A stretch of 55,579 bases of DNA from Streptomyces sp. (GCF_035563135.1 NZ_DATMVN010000785.1:1-55579), one strand, 5' to 3'. Positions 9,540-20,428 are shown, numbered from the stretch's first letter. Notes: generated from the sequence alone by a model not told the origin. Translations and numbers: made by a program.

Positions 9540-11599
9540 GCACCGCGAAACCCCTGCGTGTCCTGGTCTGCGGCACCAACTTCGGCCGCTTCTACGCCGA
9601 GGCGGTACGTCGGCGCCCCGGGTACACCCTGGCGGGCATCCTGAGCGCGGGGTCGGCGGCCTCCCGGGCCTACGCCGAGAGCCTGGGCGTCCCCTTCCAC
9701 ACCGACGCCGACGGCCTTCCCGCCGACATCGACGCGGCCTGCGTGGCGGTGAGTTCGTCCATCTCGGGCGGCCAGGGCACCGATCTGGCGCGGGCACTGA
9801 TGGACCGGGGCATCCACGTCCTCCAGGAGCACCCGGTTCATCTCACCGAGTTGACCGGCAACCTCAAGCACGCACGCAGCCGCGGCGTGCAGTACCGGCT
9901 CAACACCCATTACCCGCACGTGGCCCCGGTCCGCTCCTTCGTCGAGGCGGCCCGGCGACTCGTCGCACGCCAGCGGCCCCTGTTCCTGGACGCCGCCACC
10001 CCGGTCCACCTGATGCACCCCTTGGTGGACATCCTCGGACAGGCCATGGGCACTCTGCGTCCCTGGCGTTTCGGGGACCCGGCGCCGCTGCCCGCCGAGA
10101 TCGGGCCGCAGCCCTTGCGCTCTCTGCACGGAGTGTTCGCCGGCGCGCCCCTCACCCTGCGGGTGCACCACCAACTCGACCCGTCCGACCGGGACAACCA
10201 CGCCCTGCACTGGCACCGGATCTCCCTCGGCACCGAGGGCGGAGTGCTCACCCTGGCCGACACCCACGGCCCCGTCCTGTGGAGCCCCCGACTGCACATC
10301 GGGCGGGACGCCGACCGCCGCTTCGTCCTGGACGGACCGGGCACCGGCCGTCTGGGACTCGGGAGCACGGCGGTGGTCGGCAACACGGGTTCCTTCCGCA
10401 CGGTCTTCTCCGACCTGTGGCCGGAAGCGATCGGCAGCGCGCTCGACGGGCTGCGCGAAGCGATCGAGGGAGGCGGCGACGCCCTGCGCGCAGGCCAATA
10501 CGACCTGGCCGTGTGCCGTATCTGGAGCGACCTCGCGGCCCGGCTGGGACCCCCCGAGATCGTCCGGCCGGCCACCCCCCGGCCACTCGCGGTGAGTGAC
10601 ATCTTCCCCGCGCCGGAACGGTTCCCGCACGACACCGGTACGCCCCGCCCCGAACCCACCCCGCCGCCCGGTGACGCGAGCTCCGGCCCTGCGGAACCGG
10701 TGCCGGCCCGCCCGGCGGACACCGCCGCGTACTCCCCGTCCGCCGAGTTCTTCGACCTGGTGGCCGCCGAGCACACCGCGACCGCGAGCGCCCCGGCCGT
10801 CGCCGCCCTCCTCGCCGACGCCGACCTCAGCACCGGGCCGGTGGTGGACATCGGCGCCGGCACCGGTCTGGTGACCGAGGCCGTCGCCCGGGCCCGGCCG
10901 GACGCGGAGATCATTGCCTGCGAACCATCCGTCGGCATGCGGGCCGTGCTCACCAGCCGGGTCTTCAGCGATGAGGACCTGCGGCCCCGGGTGACCGTCA
11001 CCGCGGACGCCGCGCCGGGCCTCGACCTTCCCGACCGGATCAGCGTCGTACTGCTCTGCGGAGTCCTGGGCCATCTCGACGCCGAAGGGCGGGCCAGGCT
11101 GTGGCGGCGGGTGACCCGGCGGCTGGCGCCCGGCGGACTCGTGATCGTCGAACTCATGCAGTTCGAGGAGCCGACGGCCCTTCCCGAAACCCGGCTCGCC
11201 ACCGCCACGGCCGGACGCCACCGCTACGAGTGGTCGTTCGGCGGCGCACCCGACGAGGCGGAGGACGGCGTGATGCGCCTGCACTCCACGTGGCGGGTCT
11301 ACCGGGACGGCGCCCCGCAGGCGGAACGTGAGGTGCACGACTCCTATCGCTGGGAGCCCTTCGGACTGAAGGACGTGCTCGCCGAGTCCGGCATGACCGC
11401 ACGCACCCTCCCCACCCGCCCCGGAGCACCCCCACTGGCCGTCCTCACCCGGGGCCCGGACACACCCGGCCCGGCCGCCGCACCACCCCTGCCGCACGCC
11501 CGGACCGCACCCGACGCCCAGGGCACCCCTGGCAGCCCGGCCCTTGCGGACGGCCCGCGCACCGACATCCCCCTCGTCTCCTCCTCCACCGACGGCTAG
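9536..11599 (+). CDS. PchG/Irp3-like thiazolinyl imine reductase fused to a class I SAM methyltransferase
   Basis: N-terminal RVLVCGTNFGRFY and HVLQEHPVH; Pro-rich linker; C-terminal VDIGAGTG. GTGA overlap. Confidence 0.88.
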   Translation: MSTAKPLRVLVCGTNFGRFYAEAVRRRPGYTLAGILSAGSAASRAYAESLGVPFHTDADGLPADIDAACVAVSSSISGGQGTDLARALMDRGIHVLQEHPVHLTELTGNLKHARSRGVQYRLNTHYPHVAPVRSFVEAARRLVARQRPLFLDAATPVHLMHPLVDILGQAMGTLRPWRFGDPAPLPAEIGPQPLRSLHGVFAGAPLTLRVHHQLDPSDRDNHALHWHRISLGTEGGVLTLADTHGPVLWSPRLHIGRDADRRFVLDGPGTGRLGLGSTAVVGNTGSFRTVFSDLWPEAIGSALDGLREAIEGGGDALRAGQYDLAVCRIWSDLAARLGPPEIVRPATPRPLAVSDIFPAPERFPHDTGTPRPEPTPPPGDASSGPAEPVPARPADTAAYSPSAEFFDLVAAEHTATASAPAVAALLADADLSTGPVVDIGAGTGLVTEAVARARPDAEIIACEPSVGMRAVLTSRVFSDEDLRPRVTVTADAAPGLDLPDRISVVLLCGVLGHLDAEGRARLWRRVTRRLAPGGLVIVELMQFEEPTALPETRLATATAGRHRYEWSFGGAPDEAEDGVMRLHSTWRVYRDGAPQAEREVHDSYRWEPFGLKDVLAESGMTARTLPTRPGAPPLAVLTRGPDTPGPAAAPPLPHARTAPDAQGTPGSPALADGPRTDIPLVSSSTDG

Positions 11600-11606
11600 G
11601 ACCTCC

Positions 11607-12860
11607 ATGAGAACCCCCGAGACGCCCACCCCCGACCGGACCCGCACGGATGCCGGGCCGAACCCCGAGGCCCCGCCCCGCGACTTTCCCATGCAGCGCG
11701 GCTGCCCGTTCGCCGCACCCACGGAGTACGAAGCGCTGCGCACCCACGACCCGGTCGCCCGCGTCACCCTGCCGACGAACAAGGAAGCGTGGGTGGTCAC
11801 CCGCTACGACGACGTACGCGAACTGCTCTCGGACCCCCGGGTCAGCGCCGATATCCGCCGGCCCAACTTCCCCGCCCTCGGCGCGGGCGAACAGGAGGCC
11901 GGGGCGAGGTTCCGCCCGTTCATCCGCACCGATGCTCCCGAGCACACCAAGTACCGGCGCATGCTCCTGCCGGTGTTCACCGTGCGTCGGGTCCGCGCGA
12001 TGCGGCCCGCCGTGCAGGCCCGCGTCGACGAGATCCTGGACGCCATGCTCGCCGGCGGCGGTCCCGTGGACTTCGTCTCCGCGTACGCCAACGCCGTCTC
12101 CACCTCGGTGATCTGCGAGCTGCTCGGCATCCCCCGCGAGAACCTGGAGTTCTTCCGGGACGTCACCCGCATCTCCGGCTCCCGTAACAGCACCGCCGAA
12201 CAGGTCTCCGAAGCGCTCGGCGGCCTCTTCGGCCTGCTCGCCGAACTGGTCGGCAAGCGGCGCGAAGAACCCCGCGACGACCTGATCTCCAAGCTCGTCA
12301 CCGAGCATCTCGTCCCCGGCCACGTGACCATGGACCAGCTCCTGTCCACGCTCGGCATCACCATCAACGCCGGCCGCGAGACCACCACCAGCATGATCGC
12401 CCTGAGCACACTGCTCCTCCTGGACCGGCCGGAGCTGACGGACGAACTCCGCCGCGACGCCTCCCTGATGCCCGCCGCCGTCGACGAACTCCTGCGCGTC
12501 CTGTCCGTCGCCGACTCCATCCCCCTGCGCGTGGCCGCCGAGGACATCGACCTGTCCGGCCGGACGATCCCCGCCGACGACGGCGTCATCGCCCTTCTGG
12601 CCGGCGCCAACCACGACCCCGAGCAGTTCGACGACCCGGAGCGGGTCGACTTCCACCGCACCGACAACCACCACGTCGCCTTCGGCTACGGCGTCCACCA
12701 GTGCGTCGGACAGCACCTCGCCCGGCTGGAACTGGAGGTCGCCCTGGAGACCCTGATCCGTCGCGTCCCCACCCTCCGCCTCGCGGGGGACCGGGACGAC
12801 GTCGCCGTCAAGCACGACTCGGCCACCTTCGGCCTCGAAGAACTGAGGGTCACCTGGTGA
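11607..12860 (+). CDS. Cytochrome P450, CYP105N-like
   Basis: RGCPFAAP, I-helix AGRETTTS, ELLR, heme motif FGYGVHQCVG; position matches the P450 of the coelibactin cluster. Confidence 0.92.
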   Translation: MRTPETPTPDRTRTDAGPNPEAPPRDFPMQRGCPFAAPTEYEALRTHDPVARVTLPTNKEAWVVTRYDDVRELLSDPRVSADIRRPNFPALGAGEQEAGARFRPFIRTDAPEHTKYRRMLLPVFTVRRVRAMRPAVQARVDEILDAMLAGGGPVDFVSAYANAVSTSVICELLGIPRENLEFFRDVTRISGSRNSTAEQVSEALGGLFGLLAELVGKRREEPRDDLISKLVTEHLVPGHVTMDQLLSTLGITINAGRETTTSMIALSTLLLLDRPELTDELRRDASLMPAAVDELLRVLSVADSIPLRVAAEDIDLSGRTIPADDGVIALLAGANHDPEQFDDPERVDFHRTDNHHVAFGYGVHQCVGQHLARLELEVALETLIRRVPTLRLAGDRDDVAVKHDSATFGLEELRVTW

Positions 12861-13726
12861 CCGCGTCCCCGGCACCCCACATGTCCGGCCGGCACTCGGC
12901 GCGGCATCCCGTGCAGCCCTCCGTCCGCGCCGCGCGCGCCGACAGCCCGTGGATCCGGCGGTGGAGCGGTGCCGCCGCACCCCGGTACACCCTGATCTGC
13001 CTGCCGCACGCGGGTGGCAGCGCGGGCTTCTACCGGCCCTGGGCGGCGCTCGCGCCCCCCGAGGTCGAACTCCTCGCCATCCAGTACCCCGGCCGCGAGG
13101 ACCGCTTCGAAGACCCGGAGGCGGCCGACATGGCTGACCTGGTGGGAGCCGTGGCGGACGCCGTCACGCCGCTGCTCGACCGGCCGTACGCACTCTTCGG
13201 GCACAGCATGGGCTCCGCCGTGGCCTGGGAACTCGCCCACGAGCTGCAAAGGCGCCGCATCCCGGGCCCGCGCCGCCTGTTCGCGTCCGGCCGGGCCGCC
13301 CCCAACGCCGCGGTCACCGGGCAGCTGCACCGCCAGGACGACGACACCCTGGGCGCCGAGCTGGCCCGACTGGGCGGCACCAGCCGAGAGGTCCTGGACG
13401 ACCCCGGACTGCGCTCCCTGGTCCTGACGGCCGTGCGCCACGACTACCGGATCATCGAGACGTACCACCCGCCGGAGCGGCCGCCGCTGTCCTGTCCTCT
13501 GCATGTCCTGACCGGGAGCACAGACCCGGAACTCGGCGCGGAACGCACCCGTGAACGGGCGGGCGGCTGGGCGGACCTCACCACCGCGCGCACCGAGGTA
13601 CGCGTCTTCCCCGGCGACCACTTCTACCTCACCCCGCGTCGCCGCGAGGTCGTCTCCACCGTCCTGCGCAGGCTGGACCCCTCCCTGACCACCGGAGGCG
13701 CGCACACCTGGCCGAGCACCCCGTGA
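12857..13726 (+). CDS. Type II thioesterase
   Basis: LPHAGGSA, QYPGREDR, GHSMG, FPGDHFYL; GTGA overlap. Confidence 0.93.
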   Translation: MTASPAPHMSGRHSARHPVQPSVRAARADSPWIRRWSGAAAPRYTLICLPHAGGSAGFYRPWAALAPPEVELLAIQYPGREDRFEDPEAADMADLVGAVADAVTPLLDRPYALFGHSMGSAVAWELAHELQRRRIPGPRRLFASGRAAPNAAVTGQLHRQDDDTLGAELARLGGTSREVLDDPGLRSLVLTAVRHDYRIIETYHPPERPPLSCPLHVLTGSTDPELGAERTRERAGGWADLTTARTEVRVFPGDHFYLTPRRREVVSTVLRRLDPSLTTGGAHTWPSTP

Positions 13727-13778
13727 GCCGCCGTCCCGCCGTGTCCGCCCGCCCGGCCACCCACGACCGGAGACCATC

Positions 13779-14507
13779 ATGATCGACTACTACTCGACCT
13801 CGGCCGAGTTCTACGAACTGGTCGCCACCCGGCACACCGCCAGCAGCGGCCCCCCTCTCGCCGGCGTCCTTTCCGGTCTGGACGTGTCCCACGGACCCGT
13901 CCTGGAGATCGGCGCGGGCACCGGCCGCGTCACCGAGGTGATCGCCGCCTCCCTGCCGGACGCGGAGATCCTGGCGGCCGAGCCGTCGGCGACCATGCGC
14001 GCCATGCTCACCTCCCGGGTCGCCCGCGACCCGGACCTGCGCCGGCGCGTGACCGTCGTCGACGGATCGGCCCAGGACCTCGAGCTGCCCGAACGCCTCT
14101 CCGCCGTCGTCATCTTCGGCGTAGCCGGCCACCTCACCGCCCCCGAACGCGTGACGCTGTGGAAGCGGCTCGCGGAGCGCCTGCCCGACGGGGCGCCCAT
14201 CGTCGTCGAACTGATGGGGGTCTCCTCGCCCCGCGTCATCCCACCCGTGATGTCCCTCAAGGAGACCATCGGACGCCAGACCTACGAGTGGTGGATCGGC
14301 GGTGAACCCACCGAGGGCGACGGCATGCGGTTCACCACCACCTGGAAGGTCCTGCGTGACGGCCGCCCCGTGCGCGAGGTCGCCGACAGCTATGAATGGC
14401 ACACCTTCGACGTCGCCCGGCTGGCCCGCGAGGCCGGCATGACCAGCCGCCGCATCACCGAGGCGGGCGGCCGGCCCATTCCCGAAATCGGAGTACTCGT
14501 CAAGTGA
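13779..14507 (+). CDS. Class I SAM-dependent methyltransferase
   Basis: LEIGAGTGRV; RBS ggag upstream; paralogous to the MT half of 9536-11599. Confidence 0.9.
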   Translation: MIDYYSTSAEFYELVATRHTASSGPPLAGVLSGLDVSHGPVLEIGAGTGRVTEVIAASLPDAEILAAEPSATMRAMLTSRVARDPDLRRRVTVVDGSAQDLELPERLSAVVIFGVAGHLTAPERVTLWKRLAERLPDGAPIVVELMGVSSPRVIPPVMSLKETIGRQTYEWWIGGEPTEGDGMRFTTTWKVLRDGRPVREVADSYEWHTFDVARLAREAGMTSRRITEAGGRPIPEIGVLVK

Positions 14508-16375
14508 AGTCACAACCGCCCGCGCCCGGCCCGGCCCCGGCAGCCGAGGACGTCGCCGCCGGCACGGGCAGCTCCGCCACCCCACCGTCCCCGCTGCGCA
14601 GGCTCGCCGAGCCCGTCCGCGGCCGACTGGCCCTCGCTGTCGGTCTCCAGGCCGTCGCAGCCCTCGCCGGAGTGGTCCCGTTCATCGCCGTCTCCCGCAT
14701 CGCCGAACGCCTCACCGAGGGTTCCCCGGCCGACGGCGACGCCCTCTGGCCGCTGGTGGCGCTGGCCTGCTCGGCCGGCTTCGTCGCCCTGGTGTGCGGC
14801 ACGGCGGCCGGCGCCCTCGCCCACCTCGCCGACAACGACCTCCAGCTCACCCTCCGTCGCCGGCTCGCCCGGCACATCGGGCGGCTGCCGCTCGGCCGGC
14901 TCACCGACCGTGGCACCGGCGAGGTCAAGCAGGCTGTGCAGGACGACGTGAGCGCACTGCACACCCTGTTCGCCCACACCCTCCTCGACGTCGTCTCCGT
15001 CCTCACCGCCCCGCTGCTCGCCCTCGCCTACCTGTTCACCGTCGACTGGCGCCTGGCCCTGATCAGCGTGGTCCCCCTGCTGCTCGGCGTGTTCCTGTTC
15101 AGCCGGGCCATGGCGGGCGCGGCGGCGCAGATGGCCGAGTTCGGCGCCGCGGTGGGCCGGATTTCCACCGCCGCCGTGGAGTTCGCGTCCGGTATCGCCG
15201 TCTTCAAGAGCTTCGGGCGAGGCCGCAAGGCCCACGAGCGCTTCGTCCGTGCCACCGAGGGCTTTGCCGACTTCTTCTCCGACTGGGTCCGGTCCACCCT
15301 CGCCACCTCCACCGCCGCGATCCTGGTGGTCACCCCGGCCGTGGTCCTGCTGCTCCTGGCCGTACCCGGCGCGGTGTTCGTCACCCAGGACTGGATGACC
15401 GGGGCCGAACTCGTCCCCTTCCTCCTGCTCGGCCCAGCGGTCGCCGCCCCCATGGGCGTGGTCGGCCCCCGCATCCAGCAGATCCGGGCCGGCCAGGCAG
15501 CCGCCGTACGCGTCACCGGACTCCTGGACGCCTCCACCCTCCCCGAGCCCACGGCCCCCGCCCTCCCCGACGGCCACCACGTCAGTCTGCGCGGTGTGTC
15601 CTTCTCCTACGACGGGAACACCGACGTCCTCAACGGCGTCGACCTCGACCTCGCCCCCGGCACCGTCACCGCGCTCGTCGGTCCCTCCGGCTCCGGCAAG
15701 TCCACCCTGGCCTCGCTGCTGCCCCGCTTCCACGACGTCACGGCCGGCACGGTGACCCTCGGCGGCGCCGACCTCCGTGACATCCCCGCCACCGAGCTGT
15801 ACCGCCGGGTCGGCTTCGTTCTCCAGGACGTACGGCTGCTGCGGGCGAGCGTCGCCGACAACATCCGGCTCGGCCGCCCCGAAGCCACCGACGAGGAAGT
15901 CGAACGGTGCGCCCGCGCCGCCCGCATCCACGACCGGATCACGGCCCTGCCCGACGGCTACGCCACCGAACTCGGCACGACAGCCACCCTCTCCGGCGGC
16001 GAGGCACAACGCCTCTCCATCGCCAGGGCACTGCTCGCCGACGCCCCCGTCCTCGTCCTCGACGAGGCGACCGCGTACGCCGACCCGCACTCCGAGGCAC
16101 TGATCCAGGACGGCCTGTCGGCCCTCGCGGCCGGGCGCACCCTGCTCGTCATCGCCCACCGGCTGTCGACGATCCGCTCCGCCGACCGGATCGTGGTCCT
16201 GGAGGACGGACGCGTCACCGAACAGGGCCGCCACGACGACCTGCTGGCCGCCGGTGGCCGCTACGCCGCACTGTGGGACGCCCAGCGAAGCGCGGGCCCG
16301 GACGGCGTCGACGGCATACCTGACCAGCGGCCCACCCGCACGGGGTCCGACATCCGAGAGGGAAGCGCCCGATGA
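14504..16375 (+). CDS. ABC transporter, fused TMD-NBD (YbtP/IrtA-like)
   Basis: Transmembrane N-half; Walker A GPSGSGKS, signature LSGGE, Walker B VLVLDEAT. Confidence 0.93.
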   Translation: MKSQPPAPGPAPAAEDVAAGTGSSATPPSPLRRLAEPVRGRLALAVGLQAVAALAGVVPFIAVSRIAERLTEGSPADGDALWPLVALACSAGFVALVCGTAAGALAHLADNDLQLTLRRRLARHIGRLPLGRLTDRGTGEVKQAVQDDVSALHTLFAHTLLDVVSVLTAPLLALAYLFTVDWRLALISVVPLLLGVFLFSRAMAGAAAQMAEFGAAVGRISTAAVEFASGIAVFKSFGRGRKAHERFVRATEGFADFFSDWVRSTLATSTAAILVVTPAVVLLLLAVPGAVFVTQDWMTGAELVPFLLLGPAVAAPMGVVGPRIQQIRAGQAAAVRVTGLLDASTLPEPTAPALPDGHHVSLRGVSFSYDGNTDVLNGVDLDLAPGTVTALVGPSGSGKSTLASLLPRFHDVTAGTVTLGGADLRDIPATELYRRVGFVLQDVRLLRASVADNIRLGRPEATDEEVERCARAARIHDRITALPDGYATELGTTATLSGGEAQRLSIARALLADAPVLVLDEATAYADPHSEALIQDGLSALAAGRTLLVIAHRLSTIRSADRIVVLEDGRVTEQGRHDDLLAAGGRYAALWDAQRSAGPDGVDGIPDQRPTRTGSDIREGSAR

Positions 16376-18129
16376 TCCGTCAGCTCTACCGCGTACTGGG
16401 ACCGGAGGGCTCCCGGCCTCTGAACCGGCTGCTGCTCCTCCAATCGGGCGCGGCCGTACTCCAGGGCGTCGCCTTCGCCCTTCTGGTGCCCGTCCTCAAG
16501 GCTCTGCTCGGGTCCGACCCAGCCGACGTCTGGCCGTGGCTGGCGGCGTTCGCCGGCTGCGTGGCCGCCTACGCGGCACTCCAGGGCGCCGCTCTCAGCG
16601 GCGGGTTCACCGTCGGCTCCCAGCTCTCCCGGGTGCTGCACCGGCGGCTGGCCGACCAGGCGCTGCGCCTGCCGCTGGGCTGGTTCACCGCCGGCCGGAC
16701 CGCCGAGTTCAGCCGTCTCGCCGGACAGAACGTCATCCAGGTGATGAGCACGCCGGCCCACCTGCTCCGCCCCTTCATCAGCTCCGTGCTCACCCCGGTG
16801 ACCTTGGTGGCCGCCACCTTCTTCTTCGACGTCCGCACCGCCCTGGTGCTCCTGGTCTGCGCGCCCGTGCTGTTCGCCGTCCAGCAGGCCAGCGCTTCGG
16901 TGATGCGCCGGCTCGACCTCGGCCGCGACGCCGCGATCGGCGAATCCGCCGACCGGGTGCTGGAGTACACCCGCAACCAGCCGGTACTGCGCGCGTTCGG
17001 CCGGACCGCCGAGGGGTACGGAGCGCTGGAAGACGCCCTGGAGGCCGAGGCGCGCGCCGACCGGCGGCTCATCGCGCGCGGCCTGCCCGGCCTGGTCTCC
17101 TTCACCTTCGCCACCCGGCTCGTGTTCGCCCTGCTCCTCGCACTCGGGGTCTCCTGGCAGCTCGACGGATCGCTCACCGTGCCCACCCTGCTGGCACTCC
17201 TGGTCCTGTTGGTCCGGCTCATCGACAGCGTGTCGTCTGCCGCCGAGGCGGGTGCGGGGATGCGCATCGCCCGCAACACCCTGGAACGCCTCGGCGCCAT
17301 CCTCGACGAACCCCCGTTCCCTCAGCCCGCCGAGCCGAGGACACCCCGCGACGCAAGCGTGGAGTTCACCGGCGTCAGCTTCCGCTACGACGACGGAACG
17401 GCCGACGAAACTTCGGCACGGCCGGTCCTGAACGACGTGACCTTCCACCTGCCCAAGCGCAGCATGACCGCCCTGGTGGGGCCCTCCGGCGCCGGCAAGA
17501 CCACGGTCGCCGCGCTGATCGCCCGCTTCCGGGACACCACGGAGGGCACCGTTCGCATCGGCGGCGTCGACGTCCGAGAGATCGCCGCCGACGACCTGGC
17601 CGCCCACATCTCCCTCGTCTTCCAGGACGTCTACCTCTTCGACGGCACCATCGAGGAGAACGTCAGGATCGCGGCCCCGGACGCCGCCCCCGGCGCACTG
17701 GCCGAGGCCGCGGCCCTGTCAGGGCTCGACCGGGTGATCGCGGAGCTGCCCGACGGCTGGGACACCAAGGTGGGAGAGGGAGGCGCGCGGCTGTCCGGCG
17801 GACAGCGCCAGCGCGTGTCCATCGCCCGCGCACTGCTGAAGGACGCTCCGATCCTCGTCCTCGACGAGGCCACCGCCGCACTCGACCAGGAGAACGAGGC
17901 ACTGTTCGCCGAGGCCGTGCGCACACTGGCCGACCGCAAGACGCTGCTGGTCATCGCACACCGGCTCAGCACCGTCGTGCACGCGGACCAGATCCTGGTC
18001 CTGGAGGACGGCGAGATCACCGAACGGGGCACGCACGACGACCTGGTCACGGCGGGCGGAACCTACGCGTCCTTCTGGCAGCGCCGGACACGGGCCCACG
18101 GCTGGCGGCTGGAGGCAACACGGTCATGA
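16372..18129 (+). CDS. ABC transporter, fused TMD-NBD (YbtQ/IrtB-like)
   Basis: GPSGAGKT, LSGGQ, ILVLDEAT; ATGA overlap. Confidence 0.93.
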   Translation: MIRQLYRVLGPEGSRPLNRLLLLQSGAAVLQGVAFALLVPVLKALLGSDPADVWPWLAAFAGCVAAYAALQGAALSGGFTVGSQLSRVLHRRLADQALRLPLGWFTAGRTAEFSRLAGQNVIQVMSTPAHLLRPFISSVLTPVTLVAATFFFDVRTALVLLVCAPVLFAVQQASASVMRRLDLGRDAAIGESADRVLEYTRNQPVLRAFGRTAEGYGALEDALEAEARADRRLIARGLPGLVSFTFATRLVFALLLALGVSWQLDGSLTVPTLLALLVLLVRLIDSVSSAAEAGAGMRIARNTLERLGAILDEPPFPQPAEPRTPRDASVEFTGVSFRYDDGTADETSARPVLNDVTFHLPKRSMTALVGPSGAGKTTVAALIARFRDTTEGTVRIGGVDVREIAADDLAAHISLVFQDVYLFDGTIEENVRIAAPDAAPGALAEAAALSGLDRVIAELPDGWDTKVGEGGARLSGGQRQRVSIARALLKDAPILVLDEATAALDQENEALFAEAVRTLADRKTLLVIAHRLSTVVHADQILVLEDGEITERGTHDDLVTAGGTYASFWQRRTRAHGWRLEATRS

Positions 18130-18193
18130 CCCCGCACCCGGCACCAGCGACCCACCGGACACAGCCGCAGCATCATAGGGAAGGCACGACACG

Positions 18194-19600
18194 ATGAGCA
18201 CCGGCCTGAGGAACACCTGGGACGCATGGGCGGATTCTGTCCCGCCCCTCGCGCGCTCACGCACCCTGGAGCCCTGCCACGACCCCGCGGCCACCGCCAC
18301 CCGCCTTGCCCGAGCCGCTCTCGCCGACCAGTACATGGTCTACGAGGCAGCGGGCGGCGTCTGGCACTTCGCGGCGGGATCCGCCGTGAACCTCACCGCG
18401 CACGCGACCGGCATCGTGGCGCGGGCCGCGGGGCGGACTTGGACCGCCCACACCGACGGCAGGCCACTTGCGGTGTTCGCCGACGCGCTGAACGCCCTGT
18501 CCGCATCGCACGGCGCGTCGGCCGGCGGACGTCACTTCTACGGCTGGGCCGCCTTCGAACTAGCCCACCTCCTCCACGCCGACCCCGCGGCCACCGGCGA
18601 CAGTCCTCTGCTGCACGCACTGATCCCGTCCGTCGAGGTGACCCTCGCCGGCGACCGGACCGTGGTCCGCGCGGAGGACGAGGCGTGGCTCCGCAAGGTC
18701 GCCGACCTGCTGGCGGAGCCAACGACCCCGCAACTCCCACCCGACGGCACCACTCCCGAGGCGACCGAGCGCATCATCTCGTCCGGCACCGCCGCCTACG
18801 GCAGCGCGGTGTCCCGCACGGTCGAGGACATCCGCGCCGGGCTCCTGGAGAAAGCCGTCGTCTCCCGGAGGGTTCCCCTGCCCGCCGGACCACCCGTGGA
18901 CTTCCCCGCGACCTACCTCGCGGGCCGCCGGGCCAACACACCCGCCCGCTCCTACCTGCTGGACCTCGGCAGCTACCGGGCAGCCGGGTTCAGCCCGGAG
19001 ACCGTCCTGGAGGTCGAAGAGAACGGCCGCGTCAGCACCCAGCCCCTCGCCGGCACCCGCGCACACGGGACGGACCCGGCGGAGAACGACCGCCTGCGCA
19101 CGCAACTGCTCACCGACCCCAAGGAGATACACGAGCACGCCGTGTCCGTACGCCTGGCCTGGGACGAGATGGCCTCGGTGTGCCGGCCCGATTCCGTCGC
19201 GGTCGAGGAGTTCATGGCGATCCGGTCGCGCGGGTCGGTGCAGCACCTCGCCTCCCGGGTGACGGGTCGACTGCGGCCCGACGCCGGACCGTGGGACGCC
19301 TTCGCCTCCCTCTTCCCGGCGATCACCGCCACCGGCGTCCCCAAGCGCTCCGCCCTCCAGGCCCTGGCCCGCCACGAGGAGGGACCCCGCGGCCTGTACG
19401 GCGGCGCGGTCTTCCGGGGGAGCACCGACGGCGCCCTCGACGCGGCTCTCGTCCTGCGCACCCTCATCGGCGAGGGTGGCGAGACGTGGCTGCGCGCGGG
19501 CGCGGGAGTCACCGCCCAGTCCAGCCCTGAACGCGAGATCGAGGAGACGTGCGAGAAGCTCCGCAGCGTCGCCCCGCACCTGAGGTACGCCTCGGACTGA
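18194..19600 (+). CDS. Salicylate synthase (MbtI/Irp9 family)
   Basis: GFSPETV, TQPLAGTR, DPKEIHEHAVSV, RGSVQHLAS, FPAITATGVPK, RAGAGV, REIEETCEKL. Confidence 0.93.
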   Translation: MSTGLRNTWDAWADSVPPLARSRTLEPCHDPAATATRLARAALADQYMVYEAAGGVWHFAAGSAVNLTAHATGIVARAAGRTWTAHTDGRPLAVFADALNALSASHGASAGGRHFYGWAAFELAHLLHADPAATGDSPLLHALIPSVEVTLAGDRTVVRAEDEAWLRKVADLLAEPTTPQLPPDGTTPEATERIISSGTAAYGSAVSRTVEDIRAGLLEKAVVSRRVPLPAGPPVDFPATYLAGRRANTPARSYLLDLGSYRAAGFSPETVLEVEENGRVSTQPLAGTRAHGTDPAENDRLRTQLLTDPKEIHEHAVSVRLAWDEMASVCRPDSVAVEEFMAIRSRGSVQHLASRVTGRLRPDAGPWDAFASLFPAITATGVPKRSALQALARHEEGPRGLYGGAVFRGSTDGALDAALVLRTLIGEGGETWLRAGAGVTAQSSPEREIEETCEKLRSVAPHLRYASD

Positions 19601-19651
19601 CCGCCCCGCGTGGTTCCGGCCTCCTGCCGGGCGGCCGGGAATGGACCCACC

Positions 19652-19666
19652 TTGCCGAAACGGCAA
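19652..19666. promoter_or_regulatory. Palindrome TTGCCG-aaa-CGGCAA, candidate operator
   Basis: Perfect 6-bp inverted repeat in the intergenic region about 90 bp upstream of the methyltransferase. Confidence 0.35.
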
Positions 19667-19753
19667 AGGATCTGAAGGTGCGACGGGCCTTCAGGAGACA
19701 GTGGCGATACCCGCCTCACCCTTCAGGAGGCGGATCGATCGACGGGAGTGGTC

Positions 19754-20428
19754 ATGGCACAGCAACCTCAAGGACCCACGGCGGACGAACTCGCCGCCCG
19801 CACGCCCGGCGAGTTCTGGGAAAGCCTCTACCGTGAACGAGCCGACGAGGGTGCCATCTGGGCGACCGGGGTGAACCCGGTGCTGGCGGAGGTCGCGGGC
19901 GGGCTCCCGCCGGGGACCGCGCTCGATCTCGCGTGCGGGACCGGCGGAGACAGCCTGTGGCTCGCCACCCGCGGATGGCGGGTGACGGCGGTCGACATCT
20001 CGCGGACCGCCGTGGACCGGCTCGCCGACGTCGCCCGTGCGCGGGAACTCGACGAGCTCGTCTCGACCGAGTGCCATGATCTGGCGCGGACCTTTCCGGT
20101 GGGGGCGTTCGACCTGGTCTCGGCGCAGTACTTCCACACACCGTACGACCTTCCCCGCGGCGCCGTCCTGCGCACCGCGGCGGAGTCGCTGCGACCGGGC
20201 GGACGGCTCCTCGTCGTCGACCATGCCTCCGTCGCCCCCTGGTCCTGGAACCAGGACCAGGCCACACGTTTCCCCACCCCGGACGAGGTCCACGCCGGGA
20301 TCGGCCTGCCCACCGCCGGATGGACCGTCGAACGGGCCGACGCGCAAGACCGCCGGGCGACCGGTCCGGGCGGGCAGACCGCCACCGTCACGGACCACAT
20401 CCTGCTCATCCGCCGCGCGACCGGCTGA
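19754..20428 (+). CDS. Class I SAM-dependent methyltransferase
   Basis: FWESLY, ALDLACGTGGD, AVDISRTA, FDLVSAQY, LRPGGRLL. Confidence 0.9.
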   Translation: MAQQPQGPTADELAARTPGEFWESLYRERADEGAIWATGVNPVLAEVAGGLPPGTALDLACGTGGDSLWLATRGWRVTAVDISRTAVDRLADVARARELDELVSTECHDLARTFPVGAFDLVSAQYFHTPYDLPRGAVLRTAAESLRPGGRLLVVDHASVAPWSWNQDQATRFPTPDEVHAGIGLPTAGWTVERADAQDRRATGPGGQTATVTDHILLIRRATG

